64,000 nucleotides of DNA from a virus. Its lineage: Duplodnaviria > Caudoviricetes. The position numbers and the translations under genes were made by a program. The notes beneath the pieces are model-generated. The model had not been told where the DNA came from. It was given only the letters and a program-made list of their open reading frames with translations, and ran no database searches. The stretch covers positions 5,088 through 69,087 of IMG/VR virus record IMGVR_UViG_3300046725_000049. One strand, written 5' to 3'. Positions 54,371 to 62,421 of the stretch are shown here, one piece after another (within the stretch, counting starts at the first letter, position 1; each line of letters opens with the position of its first letter).

Positions 54371-55624
54371 ATGACGGATCGAACCGGGACAGTTCAGGGC
54401 GAAGATCTACGCGCCGCCCGTATGGCGGCCGGCGCCTCGCTGGCCGACGTATCTGCCCTGGCCCACCTGTCGGTCAGCAGCCTGAGCCGGCTGGAACGCA
54501 CCGGTACCAAGCCGCCACCCGCCCACGTCGTACGGGCCTACGCCCAAGCCCTCGGGCACGAGATCACCGCCGGGTTCGCCGCAACCGTGCAACGCGCCGC
54601 CTCGCCTACGCTGGCAGACGTGCGACGGCGACGACTCGGCGAGATCGTGGCGGCCTGGGTGGGCGCCGCGACCTTGCAGCCGGTCGCCGACCTGCTCGAC
54701 ACCCTGCCCCTCTCCCGGGCGCCCCGGCGGGTGGGTCTTAGCGACGTGCTGACCGTGGAGAAGGCGGTGGACTTCTTCACCGAACTGGACCTACGCGGCG
54801 GCGGTGGGCTGGCCGCCGACATGGCGCACAGCTCGCTGCGGGCCAGCATCGGGCTGCTGGACCTAGAGATGAAACAACCCGTGCGCGCGCGGCTGCACAC
54901 CGCCGTCGCCGCGCTGGCCGACCGGGTCGCCTGGTGCTACTACGACGCCGGCCAGCCCGACGCGGCTCTGCGTCTGTACACCCGGGCGCTGAATACCGCC
55001 GCCGACGGCGGGGACGCCACCCTGCGGGCGCACATCATGCTCAACCTCAGCACGCTGACCAATGACGACGGCGACCCACGTGGCGCTGTCGAGTTGATCC
55101 GCGCCGCCCTGGGTCATGACGAGGTCGACCTGGGCGAACGAGCCAACCTCGCCAGCGTCGGCGCTCGGCACCTGGGCGGCATGGGCACCGAGCACCGCCA
55201 GGCCGCGCTGCGCCACATCGGGCTGGCCGAACAAATGCTCAGCCAGACCGCCACCGCCCCCGACGAGGCCCCGGTGTGGGCCAGGCGCCTGACCGCCGCC
55301 CCCGGACATTTCGACTCCAGTCTGGGCATGGCGTATTTCGCCATCGAAGATGACGAAGCCGCCGCGACGCGGCTCACCCAAGCCGTGGCGAGCTTGGGCG
55401 CCGGGCGGCTTCGCGGGGTGGCCCGCTGCCGGGCACGGCTGGCCGTCATCTACCTACGCGGCGGCGACAAAACCGGCGCCGAGACCCAGGCCCGGCTGGT
55501 GCTGCGCGCCGCCACCGAGCTGCGCTCGGTCCGGATCCGCGATGATCTGCGGATGCTGGAGGGCAACGCCACGCGCTACGGACTACCCGCCCTGGCCACC
55601 GACATCCACGCCGCACTCTATTGA
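54371..55624 (+). CDS. XRE-family HTH regulator with TPR-like helical C-terminus
   Basis: LRAARMAAGASLADVSALAHLSVSSLSRLERTG; LDLRGGGG; RBS GAGGAG. Confidence 0.85.
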   Translation: MTDRTGTVQGEDLRAARMAAGASLADVSALAHLSVSSLSRLERTGTKPPPAHVVRAYAQALGHEITAGFAATVQRAASPTLADVRRRRLGEIVAAWVGAATLQPVADLLDTLPLSRAPRRVGLSDVLTVEKAVDFFTELDLRGGGGLAADMAHSSLRASIGLLDLEMKQPVRARLHTAVAALADRVAWCYYDAGQPDAALRLYTRALNTAADGGDATLRAHIMLNLSTLTNDDGDPRGAVELIRAALGHDEVDLGERANLASVGARHLGGMGTEHRQAALRHIGLAEQMLSQTATAPDEAPVWARRLTAAPGHFDSSLGMAYFAIEDDEAAATRLTQAVASLGAGRLRGVARCRARLAVIYLRGGDKTGAETQARLVLRAATELRSVRIRDDLRMLEGNATRYGLPALATDIHAALY

Positions 55625-55866
55625 AGGCCAGGGCGGGGATGGGACGAGATGAGACCGGGATGAACGGCTACCCGCACACCCTGCTGGGCGTGGCCCGGGA
55701 GCTTGACATGGCAAACCCACGGGATGTACTCACGGTGGCGACTGCGGAGCTGGGACCAGTCGACTACGAAGACGAGCTGGGACGGGTCAGTGACCACGGT
55801 CGAGAAATCCTCCTGACGCATTTTCGCGGCGGGGCCGATCCGGATGACTTCGAGGAGCACAGGTGA
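55621..55866 (+). CDS. Small hypothetical protein
   Basis: Coupled between the XRE and methyltransferase genes; true start uncertain. Confidence 0.5.
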   Translation: MKARAGMGRDETGMNGYPHTLLGVARELDMANPRDVLTVATAELGPVDYEDELGRVSDHGREILLTHFRGGADPDDFEEHR

Positions 55867-56678
55867 GTGGCAGCAACTCTGACTACGACTCTGACTACGC
55901 CGTTCCGCAGCTCAATACCGGTGTTGCGCACAGCGCCCGGGTCTGGAACTACTGGCTGGGCGGCAAGGACAACTTCGCCGCCGACCGCCAGCTTGGCGAC
56001 CAGGTCCGTGAGGTGTTCCCGGAGATCGTGCAGGTTGCCCAGGTCTCCCGCGCCTTCCTGGTCCGGGCCGTCAGCTTCCTGGCCGGGCAGGCGGGCATCC
56101 GCCAGTTCCTCGACATCGGCACCGGCCTGCCCACCGAGAACAACACCCACGAGGTCGCGCAGCGCATCGCGCCGGAAAGCCGCATCGTCTACGTGGACAA
56201 CGATCCGCTGGTGCTGGTACACGCCCGCGCCCTGCTGACCAGCAGCCGGCAGGGCGTGACCGACTACGTCGATGCACAGGTGCAGGACCCGGACAAGATC
56301 CTGCGGGAGGCGGCCCGGACGCTGGACTTCACCCAGCCGGTTGGCCTGATGATGCTGGGCATCCTGGGCAACGTTGCCGACTACGACGAGGCCGTATCGA
56401 TCGTGAACCGGCTGATGGCCGCCCTACCGTCGGGTAGCTACCTGGTGGTCAACGACGGCACCGACAGCACCGAGGGGGTTCGCGTGGCCGAACGCACCGC
56501 GCAGGAGGGCGGGCACCCCTACCACCTGCGCAGCCCACAGCAGATCACCGCGTTCTTCGAAGGTCTGGAGCTGCTGGAGCCGGGCGTGGTGTCCACGCCA
56601 CTGTGGCGACCCGAACCTAGCCCATCAGGTCCGCCGGTCGCGCTGGCCGTGATGTGTGGCCTGGCGCGAAAGCCATAA
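55863..56678 (+). CDS. Actinobacterial SAM-dependent methyltransferase (Methyltransf_19)
   Basis: AHSARVWNYWLGGKDNFAADR, RQFLDIGTGLPT..NTHEVAQ, VYVDNDP. Confidence 0.95.
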   Translation: MSGSNSDYDSDYAVPQLNTGVAHSARVWNYWLGGKDNFAADRQLGDQVREVFPEIVQVAQVSRAFLVRAVSFLAGQAGIRQFLDIGTGLPTENNTHEVAQRIAPESRIVYVDNDPLVLVHARALLTSSRQGVTDYVDAQVQDPDKILREAARTLDFTQPVGLMMLGILGNVADYDEAVSIVNRLMAALPSGSYLVVNDGTDSTEGVRVAERTAQEGGHPYHLRSPQQITAFFEGLELLEPGVVSTPLWRPEPSPSGPPVALAVMCGLARKP

Positions 56679-56683
56679 GGGAT

Positions 56684-56721
56684 GGGGGTTGGGGTTCCCG
56701 TGCCGCACAACCCCAACCCCC
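56684..56721 (+). terminator. Terminator hairpin
   Basis: GGGGGTTGGGGTT / AACCCCAACCCCC perfect 13-bp inverted repeat. Confidence 0.7.
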
Positions 56722-56872
56722 CTGAGCCGTCATCCGATCAAGCGCGCCATCGGGGGTATCCGCGTGCGCTCGGGGCGGACACTACGGTGACGCGACTCGC
56801 GGGCAAACCCAGCTCACCTCACCCGTTCCCCGCCGGCCGTGATCGATACACCCGGCGACCCCTGCGGGCGGG

Positions 56873-57124
56873 CTAGCGGCGAAACGGTCGGGCGCCCTGC
56901 CGCCCCCGGACAACCTTGGCGTACTCGTCGATCTCCAACCGGCTGAACTGCATCCAGTTGCGGCTGCCCCGCTCGGTATCGCCGTCCTCGTCAAACAGCA
57001 ACCCGTCGTGGCAGAGGTCCAGCACGGTGATGGTCCGGCCGGTCCGCTGGCTAAAGAAGGTGTCCCCCGGTTTCACCTGTACGGGTGACACCTGCCGTTG
57101 CCGCACGTTGCGCTTGCCGCCCAT
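56873..57124 (-). CDS. Hypothetical SH3-like protein
   Basis: VKPGDTFFSQRTGRTITV; ATG 57124 after RBS GGGGG. Confidence 0.55.
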   Translation of the reverse strand: MGGKRNVRQRQVSPVQVKPGDTFFSQRTGRTITVLDLCHDGLLFDEDGDTERGSRNWMQFSRLEIDEYAKVVRGRQGARPFRR

Positions 57125-57224
57125 GAGCGTTAAATCCCCCGAGGTTGTTGCTGGTCTGAGGAAACAATGCCAAGACCCCAAGGGAAACTGTCAAATCGCC
57201 GCTCTGCGCAGACGGTTATCGAAC

Positions 57225-57473
57225 CTAGTAGTGGTACCTGGCCGCGACCACCAGCAGCCCGTCGCGCACCTGGTACACCAGCCGGTGCTCGTCGGTGATC
57301 CGGCGAGACCAGTACCCGGCAAGATTCTGCGTCAGCGGCTCCGGTCTGCCGATCCCGATCGCTGGATCCCGCGACGCCTCCTCGATCAACCGGTTGATCC
57401 GGCGCAGGATGGTCCGCTCGCCGACCCAGGAGGTGTAGTCCTCCCAGCCTTTGGCTGTGAACGCGACCTTCAC
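57225..57473 (-). CDS. yoeB: Txe/YoeB toxin
   Basis: GWEDY..W, GIGRPEPL..NLAGYWSRRITDEHRLVY, ARYHY. Confidence 0.95.
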   Translation of the reverse strand: MKVAFTAKGWEDYTSWVGERTILRRINRLIEEASRDPAIGIGRPEPLTQNLAGYWSRRITDEHRLVYQVRDGLLVVAARYHY

Positions 57474-57718
57474 GACTCGATCAGTTCATGTGGCGACGCC
57501 TCGCCGCGCTCGGCCGAAGTGATGCTCTCCAGCAGTCGAGCGGCATTGGCCGGGGACCGCAGCAGATATGCGGTCTCCTGCATCGAACGCCACTGCGCCG
57601 CCGAGACCAGGAACGCGGTACCGGCCTTGGAGACGATCTCCACCGGCTCCTGATCGTCGTTGACCTGCTCGATTAGCGGGAACAACCGGCTGCGCGCTTC
57701 GCTGGCCGTGATAGCCAT
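57470..57718 (-). CDS. yefM: YefM/Phd antitoxin
   Basis: ITASEARSRLFPLIEQVNDD...MQETAYLLRSPANAARL; RBS GGAGG. Confidence 0.95.
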   Translation of the reverse strand: MAITASEARSRLFPLIEQVNDDQEPVEIVSKAGTAFLVSAAQWRSMQETAYLLRSPANAARLLESITSAERGEASPHELIES

Positions 57719-57732
57719 AACCCCACCTCCAA

Positions 57733-57754
57733 GTGGTACCAGATATCGTACCAC
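57733..57754. promoter_or_regulatory. yefM-yoeB operator palindrome
   Basis: GTGGTAC-N8-GTACCAC just upstream of the RBS. Confidence 0.65.
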
Positions 57755-57798
57755 GCGGGCCCTGCGGTACCGTACCGCCGACGACAAAGGGGCAGACG

Positions 57799-57999
57799 GT
57801 GACCGATCGCAAGACCCTGGACGTGGAGTACCACTCCGACCCGAACGCGCCGGGGATCACCGTGGAAATCCGGATGGACTGGCCGAGCGACGCCAGCTTC
57901 ACCGATGTCGACGCCGCCCTCGTCACCGCCAGCATCCAGGCGTTTCACCGTCTCACGATCATGCACCCCGAGATACCCGCGCCCGCCGACGCCGGCTGA
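57799..57999 (+). CDS. Hypothetical protein, 66 aa
   Basis: GTG after AAAGGGG; GC3-rich. Confidence 0.55.
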   Translation: MTDRKTLDVEYHSDPNAPGITVEIRMDWPSDASFTDVDAALVTASIQAFHRLTIMHPEIPAPADAG

Positions 58000-58154
58000 C
58001 AATCGAGGCGTCACCTCTGGCCCCCGGGGCGAGTTACAACAGCAGAGCGGGCGACCGGCATGGAGTCGGAGGAGAACTCCGAACAGGGTTTTCTTCGTTG
58101 CCCGGACATCGAACAGTAGGTCGCCCGCTCCCGCGACCGGAGCAGTCCCTGTTA

Positions 58155-58192
58155 CAGGGGCTATCCGGGATGTTCATCCCGGATAGCCCCTG
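58155..58192. terminator. Bidirectional terminator
   Basis: Perfect 18-bp inverted repeat CAGGGGCTATCCGGGATG between convergent genes. Confidence 0.85.
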
Positions 58193-58196
58193 ACCA

Positions 58197-58481
58197 TCAT
58201 TCTGCGACCCGCACGATGACGCCGACCGTGCTGCCCTGGTAGGGAGACTCGGTGGCGGTGACCCTGGCCTTCCAGTTGTTGGGGCTCCACCAGCTTCCTG
58301 GTAGGAGAACGATGTCTCCAACTTCCAGTGGACGCCCACCGGTCCAGTGGTAGGTGTATCGATCGTCCACGACCACGAGTTGTCGGCCGTACTGATCATG
58401 AGTCCGCAGCGTCGGCTGCTCAGTAACTTCCATACTGATTTCTACGGTGAAATGATGAGCGTTTTGCACTAGCTTTGTCAC
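58197..58481 (-). CDS. Hypothetical protein whose start lies inside the left inverted repeat
   Basis: YTYHWTGGRPLEVGDIVLLP...ATESPYQG; GTG at 58481 (true start could be downstream). Confidence 0.6.
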   Translation of the reverse strand: MTKLVQNAHHFTVEISMEVTEQPTLRTHDQYGRQLVVVDDRYTYHWTGGRPLEVGDIVLLPGSWWSPNNWKARVTATESPYQGSTVGVIVRVAE

Positions 58482-58513
58482 ACGATCGAGTGATCGGGCG
58501 TTGTGCGCCAGGG
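58469..58513 (+). repeat. Left arm of 45-bp inverted repeat
   Basis: CTAGCTTTGTCACACGATCGAGTGA.CGGGCGT..TGCGCCAGGG; first 25 nt are an exact reverse complement of 58882-58906. Confidence 0.95.
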
Positions 58514-58515
58514 CG

Positions 58516-58785
58516 CTAGCGACGCTTAGCGGCTTCCCGAGCGGCCAACTTCAACACGAACTCACGTGCCTCATCTAGGTCTGAGCTGGTGGTGGCCCGT
58601 TCACCGGAGAAATGGTCGGCCACGAGCTTGCGAATCTGCTCAGCGGTCATCCCCCGGTAGCGCCCGTAGTGGATGTGCTCGACCTTCCCTGCACGGCACT
58701 GCCGCTGCAAGCTCCGTAGGGGGAAACCGGTAAGTTCCGCCACCTCCGGGAGCGAGTACACCAGCTTTTGGCCCTCAGTCTCCAT
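58516..58785 (-). CDS. xis: Excisionase/RDF-like HTH protein 1
   Basis: VYSLPEVAELTGFPLRSLQRQCRAGKV...; next to the integrase; alternative start 58845. Confidence 0.8.
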   Translation of the reverse strand: METEGQKLVYSLPEVAELTGFPLRSLQRQCRAGKVEHIHYGRYRGMTAEQIRKLVADHFSGERATTSSDLDEAREFVLKLAAREAAKRR

Positions 58786-58862
58786 ACCGGCACCTACCGG
58801 GAGACAGGCGGAACTTTGTACCTTGCCACGACCCAGGTGGACCACAAACGACCCTCCGCGAA

Positions 58863-58906
58863 CCCTGGCGCAGACGCCCGCTCACTCGATCGTGTGACAA
58901 AGCTAG
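58863..58906 (-). repeat. Right arm of 45-bp inverted repeat
   Basis: Reverse complement of the left arm with one mismatch and one small indel; contains the integrase stop codon. Confidence 0.95.
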
Positions 58907-60381
58907 CGCCGTGCCGTGTTGTTGCGTGGCCCTAGTCTCGCGCTGAGGTGCTTCGTAACCGCGACCCGTTGCTTCGGCATCCGTCCGCCGTAGATCAGTT
59001 CGGTAACCTCCTGAGATCGGTGACCTAGCCGCTGGGAGACGTATGCGATGGGCACGCCATCATCCAGGAGCCAGCCGGCGTGAGTGTGTCGCAGATCGTG
59101 CGGAGTCGGAAACTTCTTAAGCCGGTCAGGGCAATCGCAGATCGAAACGGCGTAACGAGGTACCCCGCAGTGGTTGGGGCATCGGTTGTACCCACGCTGT
59201 ACGAATGCCCCGCACGGTGTACCCCGACCGGTCAGCCCGCCATTATCGCCGCAGCGCGGCCCCCCAAGTGCTCCTGTTGGCGTAGGTATTCCCTCGGGGA
59301 GAGGCGGGTGGAGATCACAACGGCATGCCGCTACCACCGCAGGATCCCAGCGTCGCCGCCTGAAATTGTTGTACATGATGCGCCCGCCTTCCGGCGCGCG
59401 GAACAGTAGGGCCTCATCCGGCTCCCCGAGAATGAGTGGCAGGAGATCATCGACAAGTCCTTGGTGAATCTCCACGAGCCGAGCTGTGCGTCCCTTGGTC
59501 AGGCCAAGGTAGGCGGGTCCAGGGTGTTCCGGCGTCCGCTGGGATGGCGGGTTGTTCTTCCACGCACGCCGGATTTTGGCGACTGGCTCGGGCTTCGCCA
59601 TGGGATCAATGGATCCGACTGACGCTGCGGTGGCTTCGCTCCAACGTGCGCCGGTACCGATGAGGTAGTCGACGAGTTGACGTGAATCGGGATGAAACTT
59701 GCTGCGGAGGAGCGCCCACTCCGCGTCCGTGAGGTGGACCCGCTCGGATTCCGGATCGTCGCAATCTTCGAGGTCGGTGGGCTGGAACTTCTTCTTCACG
59801 GTCCTCACCGGGTTGTCCACGACCCCGGGGACGCGGCACTCAAGCGCGTAGTTGAACACGGCCCCTGCAACCATCAAGTACCTCAGAACAGTGTCATAGT
59901 CGAGGCCGTGACCCTTACGGGCTGCCGCGCAGATCGGTCCTCTCTTGCCGTCAAGGCAATCGCACGCACGGAGCTTGTTGACGATCGCTGCGATATCTGG
60001 CGGGCGCACTTGGTCGAGCCGCAGGTGACCAATCTCGGGGATGATCATCCTCCGTAGATCCGAGGCGTTCCGGTCGCGCTGGCCGGCGCCGATGTTCTCC
60101 CGGTTCGCCTCAAGCCAGATCTTGGCGAACTCCGCGAACGTTGTCTCGGACCTTTCCGCGTCAGGCAAAGGCGTCCCGGGAATCAGCAAAGGCGTCCCGG
60201 GAATCAGCAGATGGTAGATGTGGTACTTGTCGATGTTGTGGTTCGCGTCCTCGACCAGGGCTTTGGCGGCCTTCGCCTTATTCTCCGAGGTCCAGCGAGT
60301 GGACTGCGGGGTACCCGCGCGGGAGCCGCCCAGGCGCCAGGCCACGCGCCAGGTCTTGCCGGTAAAGCTGAGGTCCGCCAC
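58903..60381 (-). CDS. int: Tyrosine integrase with Cys-rich insertions
   Basis: GARWSE, HDLRH, LGH, IYG catalytic motifs; N-terminal arm-binding-like domain. Confidence 0.95.
   Translation of the reverse strand: MADLSFTGKTWRVAWRLGGSRAGTPQSTRWTSENKAKAAKALVEDANHNIDKYHIYHLLIPGTPLLIPGTPLPDAERSETTFAEFAKIWLEANRENIGAGQRDRNASDLRRMIIPEIGHLRLDQVRPPDIAAIVNKLRACDCLDGKRGPICAAARKGHGLDYDTVLRYLMVAGAVFNYALECRVPGVVDNPVRTVKKKFQPTDLEDCDDPESERVHLTDAEWALLRSKFHPDSRQLVDYLIGTGARWSEATAASVGSIDPMAKPEPVAKIRRAWKNNPPSQRTPEHPGPAYLGLTKGRTARLVEIHQGLVDDLLPLILGEPDEALLFRAPEGGRIMYNNFRRRRWDPAVVAACRCDLHPPLPEGIPTPTGALGGPRCGDNGGLTGRGTPCGAFVQRGYNRCPNHCGVPRYAVSICDCPDRLKKFPTPHDLRHTHAGWLLDDGVPIAYVSQRLGHRSQEVTELIYGGRMPKQRVAVTKHLSARLGPRNNTARR
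60165..60209. repeat. Perfect 21-bp tandem duplication inside int
   Basis: GCAAAGGCGTCCCGGGAATCA x2 plus GCA; gives LLIPGTP-LLIPGTP. Confidence 0.95.
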
Positions 60382-60403
60382 GCCCCAAGCCTAACCAAGA
60401 TCG

Positions 60404-60648
60404 CGTCCACAATTGTGGACCGAGGGGCCTCCGGGGATCTCCGGGGATCACGAAGGGTCACGAAATGCTGTCCACCTGATCGGTAATGTCCTATCTCCCC
60501 TGCACAGAGGGTGACCTCGGGAGGACTCATAATCCCTCGGTCGCGGGTTCGAGTCCCGCCCGGCCCACCAGGACTGACCAGGGAAAACGCCAACTGGATT
60601 ATCGACTCCCTTCGATAGCTCAAGATTTTTGTGGACGGTTTGTGGACG
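60404..60648. other. attP: tRNA-derived core with arm-type repeats on both sides
   Basis: TTGTGGAC(G/C) at 60404-60412 (inverted), 60413-60421, 60629-60637, 60640-60648; 10-bp phased repeats 60429-60468; tRNA 3' half between. Confidence 0.8.
60523..60570 (+). tRNA. 3' half of a CAT-anticodon tRNA (Met or Ile2); att core, not a full gene
   Basis: GGA-CTCATAA-TCC anticodon arm, GCGGG-TTCGAGT-CCCGC T-arm, CCGGCCC-ACCA end; no 5' acceptor strand or D-arm upstream. Confidence 0.9.
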
Positions 60649-60704
60649 GGGGGTTTGTAAGATCGGGAAGTTGGTACCTTCGGGGGAAGGGCGACAGGAC
60701 CCGG

Positions 60705-60977
60705 ATGGGGGACCTCTCAGTCACCTCACCTTTGTTGACGCTGGAAGAGGTAGCCGAGGTGACCCGGCTACCTCTTCGCATGCTCCAGGACGGGGCTCGG
60801 GCTAGCCGGTTCGATCATGTGCGGATGGCTGGTCGTCGTTGGATGACGGAACGCCAAGTCGTCCAGCTCATCGAGCAGCACACCGTCAAGGCGGTCCAAC
60901 CCAAGGATGAACATCCCGACGATGACGCCGTCGACGAGCTGCGCAAAAGGTTCGCCCAACGAGCCGCACGACGCTGA
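60705..60977 (+). CDS. Excisionase/RDF-like HTH protein 2 (paralog of xis 1)
   Basis: LLTLEEVAEVTRLPLRMLQDGARASRFDHVRMAGRRWMTERQV. Confidence 0.8.
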   Translation: MGDLSVTSPLLTLEEVAEVTRLPLRMLQDGARASRFDHVRMAGRRWMTERQVVQLIEQHTVKAVQPKDEHPDDDAVDELRKRFAQRAARR

Positions 60978-61019
60978 CCCAGCCAACTCACTCGCCTCAC
61001 TCATACGCCCCGTACGCTG

Positions 61020-61391
61020 ATGATCACGTACCGTGGAGTACACGTCCGCCCGCTCCTCCCGGAGGATGCGATGCTCCGACAGCGACTCCTGGACATGCTG
61101 ACGTTCGTCGTTCTGGCCTTGGGCCTCGGGCTCGCGTTGCCGGTTGAGCCGATCTACGGCACGGCCGTGATCGTTGTGGGGTACGTCCTGGCCGTCGCGT
61201 ATTTCGTGCGGCACCGACGCCGTAGGGCTGCTCAGAAGGCCCCCAGGGTCGTGCTGCGGCTCTCCCTCCTGGAATCCGGGGTGGTGACCTACGAGAGTCC
61301 GGATGGAGCTGTGGATCCGACCGCTGTCGAGCTGCTGATGCGGGCCGAGCTGGAGTACCTCGCGGTGCGCGTTACGGGTCTGGTGGGTTGA
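61020..61391 (+). CDS. Two-TM membrane protein
   Basis: MLTFVVLALGLGLALPV...AVIVVGYVLAVAYFV; start uncertain. Confidence 0.6.
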   Translation: MITYRGVHVRPLLPEDAMLRQRLLDMLTFVVLALGLGLALPVEPIYGTAVIVVGYVLAVAYFVRHRRRRAAQKAPRVVLRLSLLESGVVTYESPDGAVDPTAVELLMRAELEYLAVRVTGLVG

Positions 61392-61936
61392 CAACTCTCC
61401 ACCGAACGTGGCACTGTTGGGCTCCCTCGACACTCACGGAGCAAGCCTTGAGATTCACCGCCGAACAGGTACTCGCCGTCCTGGAACTCGCGACGTATCC
61501 GATGACGACCAGCGAGGTTCTGGAAGCCTGCCGAGAGGCGGCCGACCAACCACGTTTCGGCGGTAAAGCCGACGAGGTACGACCGGCTCTGGACGAGCTG
61601 GTAGCGGCTGGCATCGCGGTCACCGCGAGGGAGCGGAACAGCGCGCGGAACATGTACCAGTACATCGCCCGGCCAAGTGACGGCCGCACGAGCTGGTGGA
61701 TGACCAAGGCGCGCGCGGATGATTTCGCCCTGGAATTGAGCCGGCGAATGGAAGCCCTGGCCGAGGCGAAGGAACAAGCTATGGACTTGATGGCGCTCCT
61801 ACGCGGTTCCCGGGTGAAGGTCGAACTGTGGGAACGCGACGGGAAGATCACATTCGAGCTGGAGGGCAACCAGTCGCACATGACGAAGCTCATCACCGTC
61901 CTGGAGAAGGCTGAGGAGGCCCGTGATGCCCTCTGA
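61388..61936 (+). CDS. Winged-helix-like hypothetical protein
   Basis: VLAVL...MTTSEV...VRPALDELVAAG...YQY. Confidence 0.6.
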   Translation: MTTLHRTWHCWAPSTLTEQALRFTAEQVLAVLELATYPMTTSEVLEACREAADQPRFGGKADEVRPALDELVAAGIAVTARERNSARNMYQYIARPSDGRTSWWMTKARADDFALELSRRMEALAEAKEQAMDLMALLRGSRVKVELWERDGKITFELEGNQSHMTKLITVLEKAEEARDAL

Positions 61937-62411
61937 CACTGACACCCTGGAGCAGGACCGGATAGCGCGTTGTCAGCCCTCTGAGGGCCAGGTCCGGGTG
62001 GCTCGGGCGATGCTCTCGGCGTGCCCCGAGGCGACCTACGTGATGGTCCCCATCGCTTTCCCCGGGAAAGAGCACGGTTGGTGGACCAAGGACACCGTAG
62101 TCGCGCATCCCCCGGGCTTCTGGCTGGCCAGCTCGGACCCCGACGCCGAGGAGTGGATCTCGTATCGGAAGGCGCGGGACCTGGCCGAGGAAGCTGCCGA
62201 GCATTTCCTCGGTGAAATGTACGGCCAGCCGGGCTACGCCATCATCTCCCGGGAGGGGCCGACCCCGGTGTTCGAGGGATACGGCGTGGAAGCGGATGCG
62301 ATGACCGAGACGTGGTACTGGCCGTGCGGCTGCCTGATCAACAAGGGCGGCGCACACCGGGTCGGGTGCCCGAACTACCCCGAGGGCATTCGCGCAGACA
62401 CCGTTCGTTGA
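61923..62411 (+). CDS. Hypothetical protein
   Basis: RBS GAGGAGG; C-terminal PCGC...HRVGC. Confidence 0.65.
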   Translation: MMPSDTDTLEQDRIARCQPSEGQVRVARAMLSACPEATYVMVPIAFPGKEHGWWTKDTVVAHPPGFWLASSDPDAEEWISYRKARDLAEEAAEHFLGEMYGQPGYAIISREGPTPVFEGYGVEADAMTETWYWPCGCLINKGGAHRVGCPNYPEGIRADTVR

Positions 62412-62421
62412 GAGGAGACCC

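Noticed and set aside
58050-58110. CCGGCATGG start and GGGCAAC on the opposite strand suggesting an HDV-like ribozyme
   Set aside because: The elements lie on different strands and no P1/P2/P3 nested pseudoknot could be built by eye
60486-60704. N-terminal extension of the 163-aa track ORF across the tRNA fragment
   Set aside because: Runs through attP; the HTH domain starts at ATG 60705
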